Shown in pieces: positions 29,145 to 37,672 of a stretch of DNA of 64,000 nt; within the stretch, counting starts at the first letter, position 1, and each line of letters starts with the position of its first letter. The translations under genes were made by a program, and so were the position numbers. Origin of the DNA: Clostridia bacterium (GTDB taxonomy: Bacteria > Bacillota > Clostridia > Christensenellales > CAG-138). The stretch lies in the NCBI GenBank assembly GCA_016292635.1, contig JAEDIC010000006.1, forward strand, positions 12,367-76,366. Direction: 5' to 3'. The notes under the pieces were generated by a model that saw only the letters and a list, made by a program, of their open reading frames with translations, did no database searches and was not told the origin of the DNA.

Positions 29145-30473
29145 CTATATCACCAGTTGACCGTCCTCGCTGTCTATTATTTTGAATATCTGCTCTTCCT
29201 CGCCATTGAGGGCGTTAATATAGAGAATGTATGAATCCTCACCGAGAGTGCATTTGAATTCATGGCACAATACCTCTGTTTCCGGGGTTACGGGTATCAG
29301 GGCCATTGCGTGGCTCTTTACGGTAAGATTATCCGAAAGCTCATCCTCCGCCTCCTCACGGGATACGGCTGCCTGAACCATATCCCTTTGGGTATGGCTG
29401 AAAAGGTAATTGCGCGCGTCTATGCCGCAAACTTTTTCCGTTTCCCTGTCCACCCAAACCTTAACAAGGTCGCTGTAAAGTATCACGCCGTTTTGTGTGG
29501 CGGCAAAGTTTATCACCGCCACGCCCCCGTAATACTGGGCGTAGGTGCTCTGCATCCCCTCATAGCCAAGTTCCCTTAGCTTTGCAAGGGCGATATCCCG
29601 GTATTTCTGCCCTTCCTGCTCGCCCGGCTTTCCCTCGGCGCTGCCTTCGGCAGAGGACATATAATAAAGCAGCAATCCCCCCTGCCTGGTGACAGAGGCT
29701 TCTGCCCAGCCGCCGTTGTCATCCGTATAGCTGAAGTCATATGTGGGTATCTCCCCATCGCTGTTGCCTGCGAAATTCATATCCACGCCGGATATCTCCT
29801 CCGCCTTGCCCTCCGCCGTGTTCTGATCCACCTCTGAACCGGATACCCCCCTGGCCTCCAGCTTTTCGCTGCTTTCAGAGAAGGGGCCGTCGTATATGAG
29901 GGTGGGGAATTCCGCAATGTCGTCGGTATCCTTATCCTCCCTCTCATCGGACTGAACGAAGTACACATCCTGACCTCCGACAGGCAGCTCCCCAGCGGTT
30001 AGCTTCTGCTCATGCTCCGCGGCAAGCTTGGCACAGCTATCCCGAAGCTGAGCTATGGTATCGGTATCCTCAGACGTGATAATGCCGCCGCGGATAGCCT
30101 TTTTTGTAAGGGCGTGCGCGTAGTCCCCCAGCCGCACGATGAACTGATTCAGCTCCGCCGTGTCAACATGGGATACCGGCATATGGGACATATTGCTGAC
30201 AGCAGAGCCGGACAGCCGCCACACCTCGTCAAGCAGCAGCACATACTGTGAAGGTGAACTTACCGCCAGTAGCTTGGAAAGCGTATTTTCCAGCTCGTAA
30301 AGGTCGTCGGTAAGCTCTCCGTACGCCTGTGCGTATGTGGCTTCCACGGCGGTGCGGTAGCTTTGGGCCTCCGCCCGCTGACGCACAGCCCACAGGCTCA
30401 CCCCGATAAGGGCTATTGCCAGCAGGCCGGGCAGCAGGTATTTTTGAATTACGCTTCTTGCTTTTTCGCTCAT
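29145..30473 (-). CDS. ypeB: Germination protein YpeB
   Basis: 442 aa with an N-terminal TM, the YpeB-type region (YQAYGELTDDLYELENTLSKL) and C-terminal PepSY-like repeats. Located downstream of sleB. Confidence 0.85.
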   Translation of the reverse strand: MSEKARSVIQKYLLPGLLAIALIGVSLWAVRQRAEAQSYRTAVEATYAQAYGELTDDLYELENTLSKLLAVSSPSQYVLLLDEVWRLSGSAVSNMSHMPVSHVDTAELNQFIVRLGDYAHALTKKAIRGGIITSEDTDTIAQLRDSCAKLAAEHEQKLTAGELPVGGQDVYFVQSDEREDKDTDDIAEFPTLIYDGPFSESSEKLEARGVSGSEVDQNTAEGKAEEISGVDMNFAGNSDGEIPTYDFSYTDDNGGWAEASVTRQGGLLLYYMSSAEGSAEGKPGEQEGQKYRDIALAKLRELGYEGMQSTYAQYYGGVAVINFAATQNGVILYSDLVKVWVDRETEKVCGIDARNYLFSHTQRDMVQAAVSREEAEDELSDNLTVKSHAMALIPVTPETEVLCHEFKCTLGEDSYILYINALNGEEEQIFKIIDSEDGQLVI

Positions 30474-30485
30474 GCCGTCCTCCCT

Positions 30486-31160
30486 TTAAAAGAATGCGTG
30501 GCCGCCTATCCTGATCTTTACGCTGTGGGATAGCATCCACTTATTGGTGGTTTTTGCCGGGGCGTAGTAATAGAGACAGCCGCCCGTTGGGTCCCAGCCA
30601 TTCATGGCGTCCCTTGCGGCCTTTATGGACTCCTCATTTGGGGAAAGGTTTATCTGCCCGTCATCCACCACGGAAAACGCGCCCCGCTGGTATATAACGC
30701 CGGATATGCTGTTTGGAAAGGAGGAACTGTCCACCCGGTTCAGCACCACCGCCGCAACCGCCACCTTACCCTTATAGGGCTCGCCCCGTGCTTCTCCATG
30801 CACCAGCTGGGCAAGGAGATACAGATTTTTGTTTGAGGAACTGCCGGAGGAACCTCCCGACGAGCCTGATGAGCCAAGGGACATACCTAAGGCCTTCGCC
30901 GTGGCGGAACCCACCACGCCATCTACCGTAAGGCCGTTTTTCCTCTGGAATTTTTCCACGGCCTTTCTTGTGCCGTTGCCAAAAACGCCATCCACGGCGC
31001 CGTCGTAATACCCCCATTTTTTCAGCTTGCTTTGCAGGGTCTTCACCTTTTCCCCGGTTGAGCCCTGCCCCAGCGCCGCCGCATCCGCAGTTACCGGGAT
31101 AAGCAGCAGCGCAAAGGCCGCTATCATAAACAGGGCAACTGCCCTATGGCTGTTTTTCAC
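30486..31160 (-). CDS. sleB: Spore cortex-lytic enzyme SleB (PG_binding_1 plus SleB hydrolase domain)
   Basis: Signal peptide, TLQSKLKKWGYYDGAVDGVFGNGTRKAVEKFQ, then LLAQLVHGEARGEPYKGKVAVAAVVLNR. Confidence 0.9.
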   Translation of the reverse strand: MKNSHRAVALFMIAAFALLLIPVTADAAALGQGSTGEKVKTLQSKLKKWGYYDGAVDGVFGNGTRKAVEKFQRKNGLTVDGVVGSATAKALGMSLGSSGSSGGSSGSSSNKNLYLLAQLVHGEARGEPYKGKVAVAAVVLNRVDSSSFPNSISGVIYQRGAFSVVDDGQINLSPNEESIKAARDAMNGWDPTGGCLYYYAPAKTTNKWMLSHSVKIRIGGHAFF

Positions 31161-31671
31161 TTGATCTCGCCTCCCTTATGAGCTTGAGTATGAGGCTGTC
31201 AAATTTGGCCTCTCCTTCAATTTCCCCATCAGGAGCCTCCACTATGCACAGGGGCGGAAACATTACGCACCACCAGTTTTTTCCTTTTCCTTCCCCAAGT
31301 ATCACCCGCAATGCCTCATACTCCCCGGCGGGATAAACCACACCGGCGTATTCCTTGTCCGGGAAGTCATACCTGCCCATGTGCAGCTCCGCACCGTAGT
31401 CCATGCCGTATTGGGCCAGGGCGGTGTCTATTGCGGCGCAAAGCCCCGCCCCGTCCTCCATGAGCCGGGCCTTTGTTTCTCTGGCGGAGGATACGTCCCA
31501 CATATCCCGCTCATAGCCCAGTATGGCGTCCCGCACCGCAAGCTTCGCCGCCTGGTCCTCCACGCTGTCGCTGTTGGCAATAACGTGCAGGCGGAATATG
31601 CCGGGGCGAAACATCGCCATGCATAAGAGGCAGCACAGGCAAACCGAGTATATATACATAAACCTTTTCAC
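31144..31671 (-). CDS. spoIIR: Stage II sporulation protein R
   Basis: FRLHVIANSDSVEDQAAKLAVRDAIL and WWCVMFPPLC are signatures. This is only the C-terminal part of the 684-aa track ORF. GTG start at 31671, 6 nt after AAGGAG; an ATG at 31686 is the alternative. Confidence 0.85.
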   Translation of the reverse strand: MKRFMYIYSVCLCCLLCMAMFRPGIFRLHVIANSDSVEDQAAKLAVRDAILGYERDMWDVSSARETKARLMEDGAGLCAAIDTALAQYGMDYGAELHMGRYDFPDKEYAGVVYPAGEYEALRVILGEGKGKNWWCVMFPPLCIVEAPDGEIEGEAKFDSLILKLIREARSSEKQP

Positions 31672-31708
31672 TTTTTTCTCCTTCATATAAATAAAATGCA
31701 TAGGTGAG

Positions 31709-31737
31709 ATTATCCCCATACACCTCGCCGCATATAC
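31709..31737 (-). promoter_or_regulatory. Forespore SigF-like promoter upstream of spoIIR (GTATA-15 nt-GGGGATAAT)
   Basis: Minus-strand reading. Resembles B. subtilis SigF promoters such as spoIIQ (GTATA-15-GGAGAAGATA). Confidence 0.4.
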
Positions 31738-31767
31738 ATTTTTAAATGGGTTTGTTATAATGAACAC

Positions 31768-32580
31768 ATGGAAATAAACGCTTACGCAAAAATAAACATT
31801 ACCCTGGACGTGCTGAGAAAGCGGCAGGACGGCTATCACGACCTTCGGGGGATAATGTGCGCCGTGTCTGTATCGGACAGGGTGCGCATTGAACCCGCTT
31901 CCGAAATACTCTTCCGCTCTGACATACCCCTTCCTAAAAACAACACGGCGGTTCGTGCCGCCGGGCTTTTTATGGAAAAGACCGGCAAGGGTGCCGCCAT
32001 ACACATCACAAAGGGCATACCCTCCGAGGCCGGCATGGGCGGCGCAAGCGCCGATGCCGCGGCGGTTCTTCGCGGCATGAATGAGCTTTACGGCGGCATA
32101 GTTGAGGAATCCCGGCTGTATGAGATGGGTCTTGCCATCGGCGCAGACGTGCCCTTCTGCCTTATGGGGGGCTGCGCCGTTGCGGAGGGCGTTGGGGAGA
32201 TACTTACCCCCCTGCCCACCCCGAAGCTTGATCTGCTCATAGTAAAGGGCAGCGGCGGAGTAAGTACCGGGGCGCTGTTCAAGGCGCTGAAGCTCCCGGT
32301 GCGGCATCCTGATACCGACGCCGCAATCCAAGCCATACAGCGGGGAGATATGACCGCCCTTGCAAATTGCGCAGAAAACGCCCTTGAGGCCCCCGCCTCC
32401 GCAATACTGCCGGAGATAGCGGAAAATAAAGCGGCGCTTTTGCATAATGGCGCCATTTCCGCCTTTATGACGGGCAGCGGCGCGGCTGTGGTTGGCATAT
32501 TCCGGGATGGGCATGCGGCGCAGCAGGCGAAAAAAGCTTTCGCCCATCTGCCTTTTGCTTGTGTTTGCCATACATTGTGA
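31768..32580 (+). CDS. ispE: 4-diphosphocytidyl-2-C-methyl-D-erythritol kinase
   Basis: MEINAYAKINITLDVLRKRQDGYHDL plus the GHMP kinase motif IPSEAGMGGASADAAA. Confidence 0.9.
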   Translation: MEINAYAKINITLDVLRKRQDGYHDLRGIMCAVSVSDRVRIEPASEILFRSDIPLPKNNTAVRAAGLFMEKTGKGAAIHITKGIPSEAGMGGASADAAAVLRGMNELYGGIVEESRLYEMGLAIGADVPFCLMGGCAVAEGVGEILTPLPTPKLDLLIVKGSGGVSTGALFKALKLPVRHPDTDAAIQAIQRGDMTALANCAENALEAPASAILPEIAENKAALLHNGAISAFMTGSGAAVVGIFRDGHAAQQAKKAFAHLPFACVCHTL

Positions 32581-32634
32581 TATAATGGGGTTCGCAGAAA
32601 GAATACGGATGTGATTCATGATATGGAGGACGAT

Positions 32635-33996
32635 ATGACCCATATAGACGGACATAAAAAAATACACCTTATAGGCATCGGCGGCTGCTCCATGAACGGC
32701 CTTGCTCAGATACTCAGGGACAAAGGCTATGAAGTAAAGGGCAGCGACAGCGCCGTTTCCCCCTTTACCGAGCGGCTTACGGAGCTTGGCATCCCGGTAA
32801 CCATCGGCCAGAAAGCCGAAAACCTGGGGGATGCGGACCTTGTGATATACTCTGCCGCCATAAAGCCGGATAACCCCGAGCGAGTCGAGGCAAGGCGCCT
32901 TGGCATACCGGAGCTTGAGCGCAGCGTGGTGCTGGGCCAGCTTACCGAGGGGTATAAGAACGTTGTGGGCATAGCGGGCTGCCACGGCAAAACCACTATA
33001 ACCTCCATGCTGGCGCTTATATCCCAAATGGGCGGCATGGACGCCACGGTGCATATCGGCGGCTTTGTGGAATTTCTCCAGGGGGGCACACGCATCGGCT
33101 CCCATGACCTTTTTATCACGGAGGCCTGCGAATACGTTGAAAGTTTCCTTACCCTCCGCCCCACCATTGCCCTTATAAACAATATTGACAACGACCATCT
33201 GGATTACTATAAAACCATCGACAATATAGTAAAGGCCTTTGAAAAGTTTATCGGCCTTTTGCCCGAAGATGGCTGTTTTATCGCCTGCACGGACGATTTC
33301 CGCGTAAAGGCATTATACGACAATTTCCCCGGAAATAAGCTGTCCTACGGCATGGCGTCCGGGGACTATACCCCCGCAAACCTCGTATATGACAAAGAGG
33401 GCTGCCCTTCCTTTGACCTGTGCTTCAGGAACGAACCCATCGGCTCCATCAAGCTCCATGTGCCCGGCAGCCACGGCGTTATAGATGCCATCGCCGCCGC
33501 GGCGGTAGCCCTGCGTCTGGGCGGGGACATGAAGGTCATATCCGAGGCTCTTTCCGCCTTCCGCAATACCCGCAGGCGCTTCGAGTTTTACGGCGAGCGT
33601 GACGGAATTCGCGTGTATCACGACTATGCCCACCATCCCGCCGAAGCCCGGGCCGCGTTGGACGCAGCCAGCCGTATAGCCCACAACAGGCTCTGGTGCG
33701 TTTTCCAGTGCAACAGCTACACCCGGGCAAAGACCCTCTTTACAGGCAGCGTTGACTGCTTCAATCAGGCGGACGGCGTGCTGGTGCCGGATATATTCCC
33801 CGGCAGAGAGAAGGACGACGGTTCCGTACACGCCCGCGATATGACGGACGCCATAAACGCCGGCGGCGGAAAGGCCATATACCTGTCCACCTTCGAGGAG
33901 ATACGCTCATGGCTGGATGCCAACGCCGCCCCCGGCGATATCGTCATCACCCTTGGCTCAGGCGATGTTTACAAGCAGACGGATAAGCTGCTGTAG
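32635..33996 (+). CDS. murC: UDP-N-acetylmuramate--L-alanine ligase
   Basis: IHLIGIGGCSMNGLAQIL and GIAGCHGKTTITSM P-loop. Start set at the ATG with GGAGG 6 nt upstream; the track begins at a GTG at 32611. Confidence 0.9.
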   Translation: MTHIDGHKKIHLIGIGGCSMNGLAQILRDKGYEVKGSDSAVSPFTERLTELGIPVTIGQKAENLGDADLVIYSAAIKPDNPERVEARRLGIPELERSVVLGQLTEGYKNVVGIAGCHGKTTITSMLALISQMGGMDATVHIGGFVEFLQGGTRIGSHDLFITEACEYVESFLTLRPTIALINNIDNDHLDYYKTIDNIVKAFEKFIGLLPEDGCFIACTDDFRVKALYDNFPGNKLSYGMASGDYTPANLVYDKEGCPSFDLCFRNEPIGSIKLHVPGSHGVIDAIAAAAVALRLGGDMKVISEALSAFRNTRRRFEFYGERDGIRVYHDYAHHPAEARAALDAASRIAHNRLWCVFQCNSYTRAKTLFTGSVDCFNQADGVLVPDIFPGREKDDGSVHARDMTDAINAGGGKAIYLSTFEEIRSWLDANAAPGDIVITLGSGDVYKQTDKLL

Positions 33997-34132
33997 TTGC
34001 CCTTTCTTTTAAGAAAAGTGAAAACCTTTTTTATGGAGGCGCATTAAAAAGGGCGAACCATAGCGCCGTGGGTGAGGAATAATCCTTGCGCCGCTACGAT
34101 GTGTCATTTATAATATTTTATGAGGTGATACG

Positions 34133-34546
34133 ATGACGAACGAAGAAAAGATTCTGGAAATACTCGGAACTATGCAAGCCGATATGAACGGCATGAAGGC
34201 CGATATAAACGGCATGAAGGCCGACATGAACGGCATGAAGGCTGACATAAACGGCATGAAGGCTGACATGAACGGCATGCAGGCCGACATAAACGGCATG
34301 AAGGCCGACATGAACGGCATGAAGGCCGACATGAACGGCATGCAGGCCGACATCCTCAAATTACAGATGCAGAATGAAAACGTAATCATTCCTCAGCTTA
34401 AGGCCCTTGCGGAAGGTCATGAAATGCTGGCGCAAACGCTGGCACCCAAAAACAGGGTTGACGAACTGGAAAACGACGTTAATATTTTGAAGCTGGCAGT
34501 TCAGGCCATGAGCGCAGAGCTTCAGCAGCTAAAGAAAGCCCAATAA
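34133..34546 (+). CDS. Heptad-repeat protein (8 full ADMNGMK-type repeats) with C-terminal coiled-coil-like region
   Basis: 137-aa ORF with a GAGGTG RBS and a TTGCGC-17-TATAAT promoter-like site upstream. Confidence 0.7.
   Translation: MTNEEKILEILGTMQADMNGMKADINGMKADMNGMKADINGMKADMNGMQADINGMKADMNGMKADMNGMQADILKLQMQNENVIIPQLKALAEGHEMLAQTLAPKNRVDELENDVNILKLAVQAMSAELQQLKKAQ
34178..34355 (+). repeat. 21-bp tandem repeat, 8 full units plus a partial ninth (GCCGAYATRAACGGCATGMAG), in frame within the CDS
   Basis: Units counted directly. Variation is limited to M/I and K/Q codons and synonymous sites. Confidence 0.9.
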
Positions 34547-34712
34547 AAGCCCATATGCTATATGGCGCAGGACCTAAACGGTCTTGCGCTTTTTTTGCAA
34601 AAGGATGTATGCGCCATCAGGCCCGCTTTCCTTTTTACGCAAGGGCAAAAGCTCATCTTCCAAGTAATATTTACCAAAAACAAAAAAAGGGGGGACTTGC
34701 GTCCCCAACAGT

Positions 34713-34824
34713 CTGTCAAAAAGCCCCTTGGGGGTTCGGGGGCCGCAGCCCCCGGAGGCTTCAATCGGATTTGGCGACATGTGCGGCAAATCCGCAAAAG
34801 CCTTGCGCAGCAAGGGTTTCTTTT
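34713..34824 (+). ncRNA. Copy A of a repeated structured intergenic element, ending in a CCTTGC-gca-GCAAGG + T-rich terminator
   Basis: Shares the 21-nt core GCTTCAATCGGATTTGGCGAC (34758..34778) and flanking similarity with 60316..60422. No convincing ORF. Confidence 0.45.
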
Positions 34825-34870
34825 CATGGATCCCTGGCCGTGCCGCAGGCACAAGGGAGCCATGCAAACC

Positions 34871-34901
34871 TCGAAAAAGTGGCATAATGCCACTTTTTCG
34901 A
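34871..34901. terminator. Perfect palindromic hairpin TCGAAAAAGTGGCAT-a-ATGCCACTTTTTCGA
   Basis: Read directly. Lies between the holin stop and element A. Confidence 0.5.
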
Positions 34902-34935
34902 CAACCTAGGGGGGGGGACTTACGTCCCCCTTAAC

Positions 34936-35340
34936 TTATTCCGCCTTTTCCTCGGCATGAAGCTTGGCAAGGGCGTTTTTCAGTGTTTCGGGCAGGGGCA
35001 GACCCAGCCTGCCTGCGTTTTCCAGTATGGAAATTCCCTCATTGGCGATGTAAAACATACATACCGCGCTGCGAACGGCGCCGTTTGTGGCGGGTGCCAG
35101 TTTGTCCAGCATGGCGGCAAGGGCCACCAGAACGAATATAAATACCTTTTTCACAAGGCCCTTGAAGCCCACAGTGCTGCAAAGCTCCTTTGAAACGGCG
35201 GCATATGCGACGCCGGTAAGATAATCCATCGCAACCACGCACAGCAGCACGATTATGGGGGCGTCCCAGGGGCCAAACAGATATGCCAGCGCCCCACCTA
35301 TGGCGGCAAACAGGCCGCCGGTAACTATCTCATTGTTCAT
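34936..35340 (-). CDS. Phage holin family protein (holin_tox_secr / Phage_holin_4_1 type)
   Basis: 134 aa with three TMs. DYLTGVAYA and ANEGISILENAGRLGLPLP motifs. Confidence 0.8.
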   Translation of the reverse strand: MNNEIVTGGLFAAIGGALAYLFGPWDAPIIVLLCVVAMDYLTGVAYAAVSKELCSTVGFKGLVKKVFIFVLVALAAMLDKLAPATNGAVRSAVCMFYIANEGISILENAGRLGLPLPETLKNALAKLHAEEKAE

Positions 35341-35359
35341 ATTGTATATTTCTCCTCTC

Positions 35360-36070
35360 CTATGCCTTTTTGAGGCGGCTTGAGTCGCACCAGCCTCTTA
35401 TGTATCGGCTTTCTTTTTTTATGACCTCCGCCCAGCCGTCCTGCCGGGACAGCATGAGAACTTTGTCGTTCTTATTCACCCTGCCGATGATATCCCCGGC
35501 GGGCGTCTCCCGAAGATTCACAAACGTTGCGCCGGAATAATAATACATTTCCGGATAATAGGGTTCGTCCTCCGCTTCCCCGCTGGTTATAACGCTCAAG
35601 CGGCCATAGCGGTTCCAGTAGCTTTTTGAGGATGCGTCAATGGTGCGCAGCACCACGCCGTCATCCCTGCCCTTTGCCTCTATGACCATGCCGTCCCCAA
35701 GGAAAACGCCAACGTGGTATATCCTGCTCCCGTTGTGACGGAACACCAGGTCCCCCGGAGCAAGGTCAAAACGGCTGCTTATCTTTTCCGCCGCGGCATA
35801 AAGCCCTCGGGAGGACATATCAGACCTATACAGTCCCTCGTCCATGAGAAATTTCATTATAAGCCCGCTGCAGTCGTATGCTGCGATGGGGTCCATGCCC
35901 TCGGCCTTTCGTCTGCGCCAGAGGGCGATGGCACGCTCTGCGTTTTTGTCGTTTGTCTCCTTTTTGCGTATCCACTCCTCGGTTATATCCGTTTCTCCCT
36001 GTGCGCCCCATACGTATATGCAGCCCACCTGAGAGCGGAGGTACTCTATAAATCTTTCTTTCACGCTCAT
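35360..36070 (-). CDS. Endolysin: NlpC/P60 (C40) peptidase plus C-terminal SH3 domain
   Basis: Catalytic YDCSGLIMKF and HVGVFLGDG. The C-terminus FVNLRETPAGDIIGRVNKNDKVLMLSRQDGWAEV is SH3_3-like. Confidence 0.8.
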   Translation of the reverse strand: MSVKERFIEYLRSQVGCIYVWGAQGETDITEEWIRKKETNDKNAERAIALWRRRKAEGMDPIAAYDCSGLIMKFLMDEGLYRSDMSSRGLYAAAEKISSRFDLAPGDLVFRHNGSRIYHVGVFLGDGMVIEAKGRDDGVVLRTIDASSKSYWNRYGRLSVITSGEAEDEPYYPEMYYYSGATFVNLRETPAGDIIGRVNKNDKVLMLSRQDGWAEVIKKESRYIRGWCDSSRLKKA

Positions 36071-36092
36071 TTTGGCGACCTCACTTTATATA

Positions 36093-36329
36093 TTAATTAA
36101 GCGACGCTATCGCCGCGGCGATGGCGGAGTCCACATATGCCTTTATGGCTCTGTTTTCCACGGGATTCGTGGAGGTGTCGCTCATCTCGCTGTCGATAGG
36201 CCCTGATTCGGGGGTAATCACCAGATCGTCCTCCCCTATAAGGCCCTCCGCCACAGCAGCGGCCCGTTCCTCCTCGCTGTTGAAAACGTGCACCTTCATA
36301 AGATGCAGTTCACGCTCTGTGGAAATCAT
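36093..36329 (-). CDS. Phage-module hypothetical protein (78 aa)
   Basis: Co-directional, with a 4-nt overlap with the upstream gene. Confidence 0.5.
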   Translation of the reverse strand: MISTERELHLMKVHVFNSEEERAAAVAEGLIGEDDLVITPESGPIDSEMSDTSTNPVENRAIKAYVDSAIAAAIASLN

Positions 36330-36661
36330 TCCTTATTCACCCCCAGTATAATGTATTCTACCTTTGCCGTATTTGCTAGGCTTGCCTCGCTTACCACGCC
36401 GACTATGCGGGTATCCGTTTCGCTGTACAGCCGTGTGGTCACGGGACACTTTCCCCCGGAAATCAGGGTAAGGTCCGCTCCCAGCGCGGAGCGGTAATAT
36501 ACCGCAAGCTCGGATGAACCGCCCACGGTGGTGCGGAATGCCGCCATAAGTGGGATTACCGTCAGCGGTATGCTGATTAGGTCAAATCCGTCTATTCCGG
36601 AAAACGTGCCGGATATTACCCCAAGGCCGGGATTGTGTCCCCTTAAAAGATTAAACAGCAT
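36326..36661 (-). CDS. Phage-module hypothetical protein (111 aa)
   Basis: Co-directional with tight spacing. Confidence 0.5.
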   Translation of the reverse strand: MLFNLLRGHNPGLGVISGTFSGIDGFDLISIPLTVIPLMAAFRTTVGGSSELAVYYRSALGADLTLISGGKCPVTTRLYSETDTRIVGVVSEASLANTAKVEYIILGVNKE

Positions 36662-36665
36662 ATCC

Positions 36666-37082
36666 CTACCCCCATATCAGCACGTTCACATCCACATCCC
36701 CATTAGGTATCTTGTCCGCAGAGAATGTGAGGGAGTTGTAGCCCTGAACGCTGCAGCGAATGTTTGCCTCGGTGTATACCCCCCAATCAAGGGGTACAGG
36801 GCCCACTATGGCATACTTGCTGCTGCGCATTCCGCTTACGCCAACGGTTTGCGTGCAGGTTGAGGTATACTCCTTCCAGTCCGTCTCATACAGGGTAAGG
36901 GTCACAGCCGTGGGCTTTGAGGCATATTCCTCATGGGTATGCTCTGCCGCCGCCGCGCCTATGGCCTGGGGGGTTATCTCATCCCCGCCCCCTGTGGCAT
37001 GGGTCTCTCCGTGTCCGTTTACAAGGCTGGTGCCCGCAACGCCGTTGGCGAGAACAAGCCTGTTCCCAAGGTATACCGCCAT
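36666..37082 (-). CDS. Phage-module hypothetical protein (138 aa), possibly a fibre or receptor-binding tip
   Basis: Follows the BppU-like gene. Function inferred from position only. Confidence 0.45.
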   Translation of the reverse strand: MAVYLGNRLVLANGVAGTSLVNGHGETHATGGGDEITPQAIGAAAAEHTHEEYASKPTAVTLTLYETDWKEYTSTCTQTVGVSGMRSSKYAIVGPVPLDWGVYTEANIRCSVQGYNSLTFSADKIPNGDVDVNVLIWG

Positions 37083-37086
37083 TGTT

Positions 37087-37662
37087 TTATACCTCCTCCG
37101 TATAGTAAATTATCCGCCATGTGCTGATGTTTCCGTCCAATGCGCCATGGCAGAGGGCGGCGGCGGAGTTTGCGTTGTCCGCCGCCTCGGAGGCGGAGGC
37201 CTCCAGTGTTTCCACCCGCTCAATAAGGCCGGACAACACGGGCATTTCCGGGGAGGAGGCTATAGTCTCCTCCCCCATAATGGCCCGACGGCAGGCAAAG
37301 TTGAATTTTGCGGTGGTAACAAGGGTGGAAAGGTCGGCGTCGGAATATATCTGCAGTTCGCATTCCACCATGCCGGGAGCTACCGAGCCTGTAAAAAGGT
37401 CTATATCTACCTGATTGTTCAGCACCCCGCAGAGGGTAACGCCCCCTTCCGCATTGCCGCTGTCCTGATAGGCGGTGCCGTCGCTTTTTGAAAAAACCGC
37501 CACCACCCTGCACCCGGTAAGGTCAACGGGGTCTCCCTCGTCGGTAAGCAGTATGGACAGCTGATTGCCGCTGTCCCCCTCCACCACGGTAAACTCACGG
37601 TTTGCGCCGGAGTCCGCAATATCCAGCGCAATGCTGAATCTCTTTTTTACCGTTCCGGACAT
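37087..37662 (-). CDS. BppU-N-like phage baseplate/fibre anchor protein
   Basis: DSGANREFTVVEGDSGNQLSILLTDEGDPVDLTGCRVVAVFSKSDG resembles the BppU N-terminal Ig-like domain. Confidence 0.5.
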   Translation of the reverse strand: MSGTVKKRFSIALDIADSGANREFTVVEGDSGNQLSILLTDEGDPVDLTGCRVVAVFSKSDGTAYQDSGNAEGGVTLCGVLNNQVDIDLFTGSVAPGMVECELQIYSDADLSTLVTTAKFNFACRRAIMGEETIASSPEMPVLSGLIERVETLEASASEAADNANSAAALCHGALDGNISTWRIIYYTEEV

Positions 37663-37672
37663 GGGTCACCTC

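Noticed and set aside
31144-33198. 684-aa minus-strand ORF in the track
   Set aside because: Only its last ~175-180 codons (spoIIR) look like a real protein. The remainder is antisense to the well-supported ispE and murC genes and has the Arg/Gly/Ala-rich composition of a GC-rich shadow frame.
34178-34355. Possible CRISPR array or non-coding minisatellite
   Set aside because: The units are contiguous 21-mers with no spacers. They stay in frame within a complete ORF with promoter and RBS, and their variation is codon-structured. This is a coding tandem repeat.
34555-34934. Five overlapping 68-115-aa ORFs on both strands
   Set aside because: They are mutually exclusive frames over hairpin-dense DNA with Arg/Pro/Gly-rich translations. 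The region is better explained as structured non-coding sequence.
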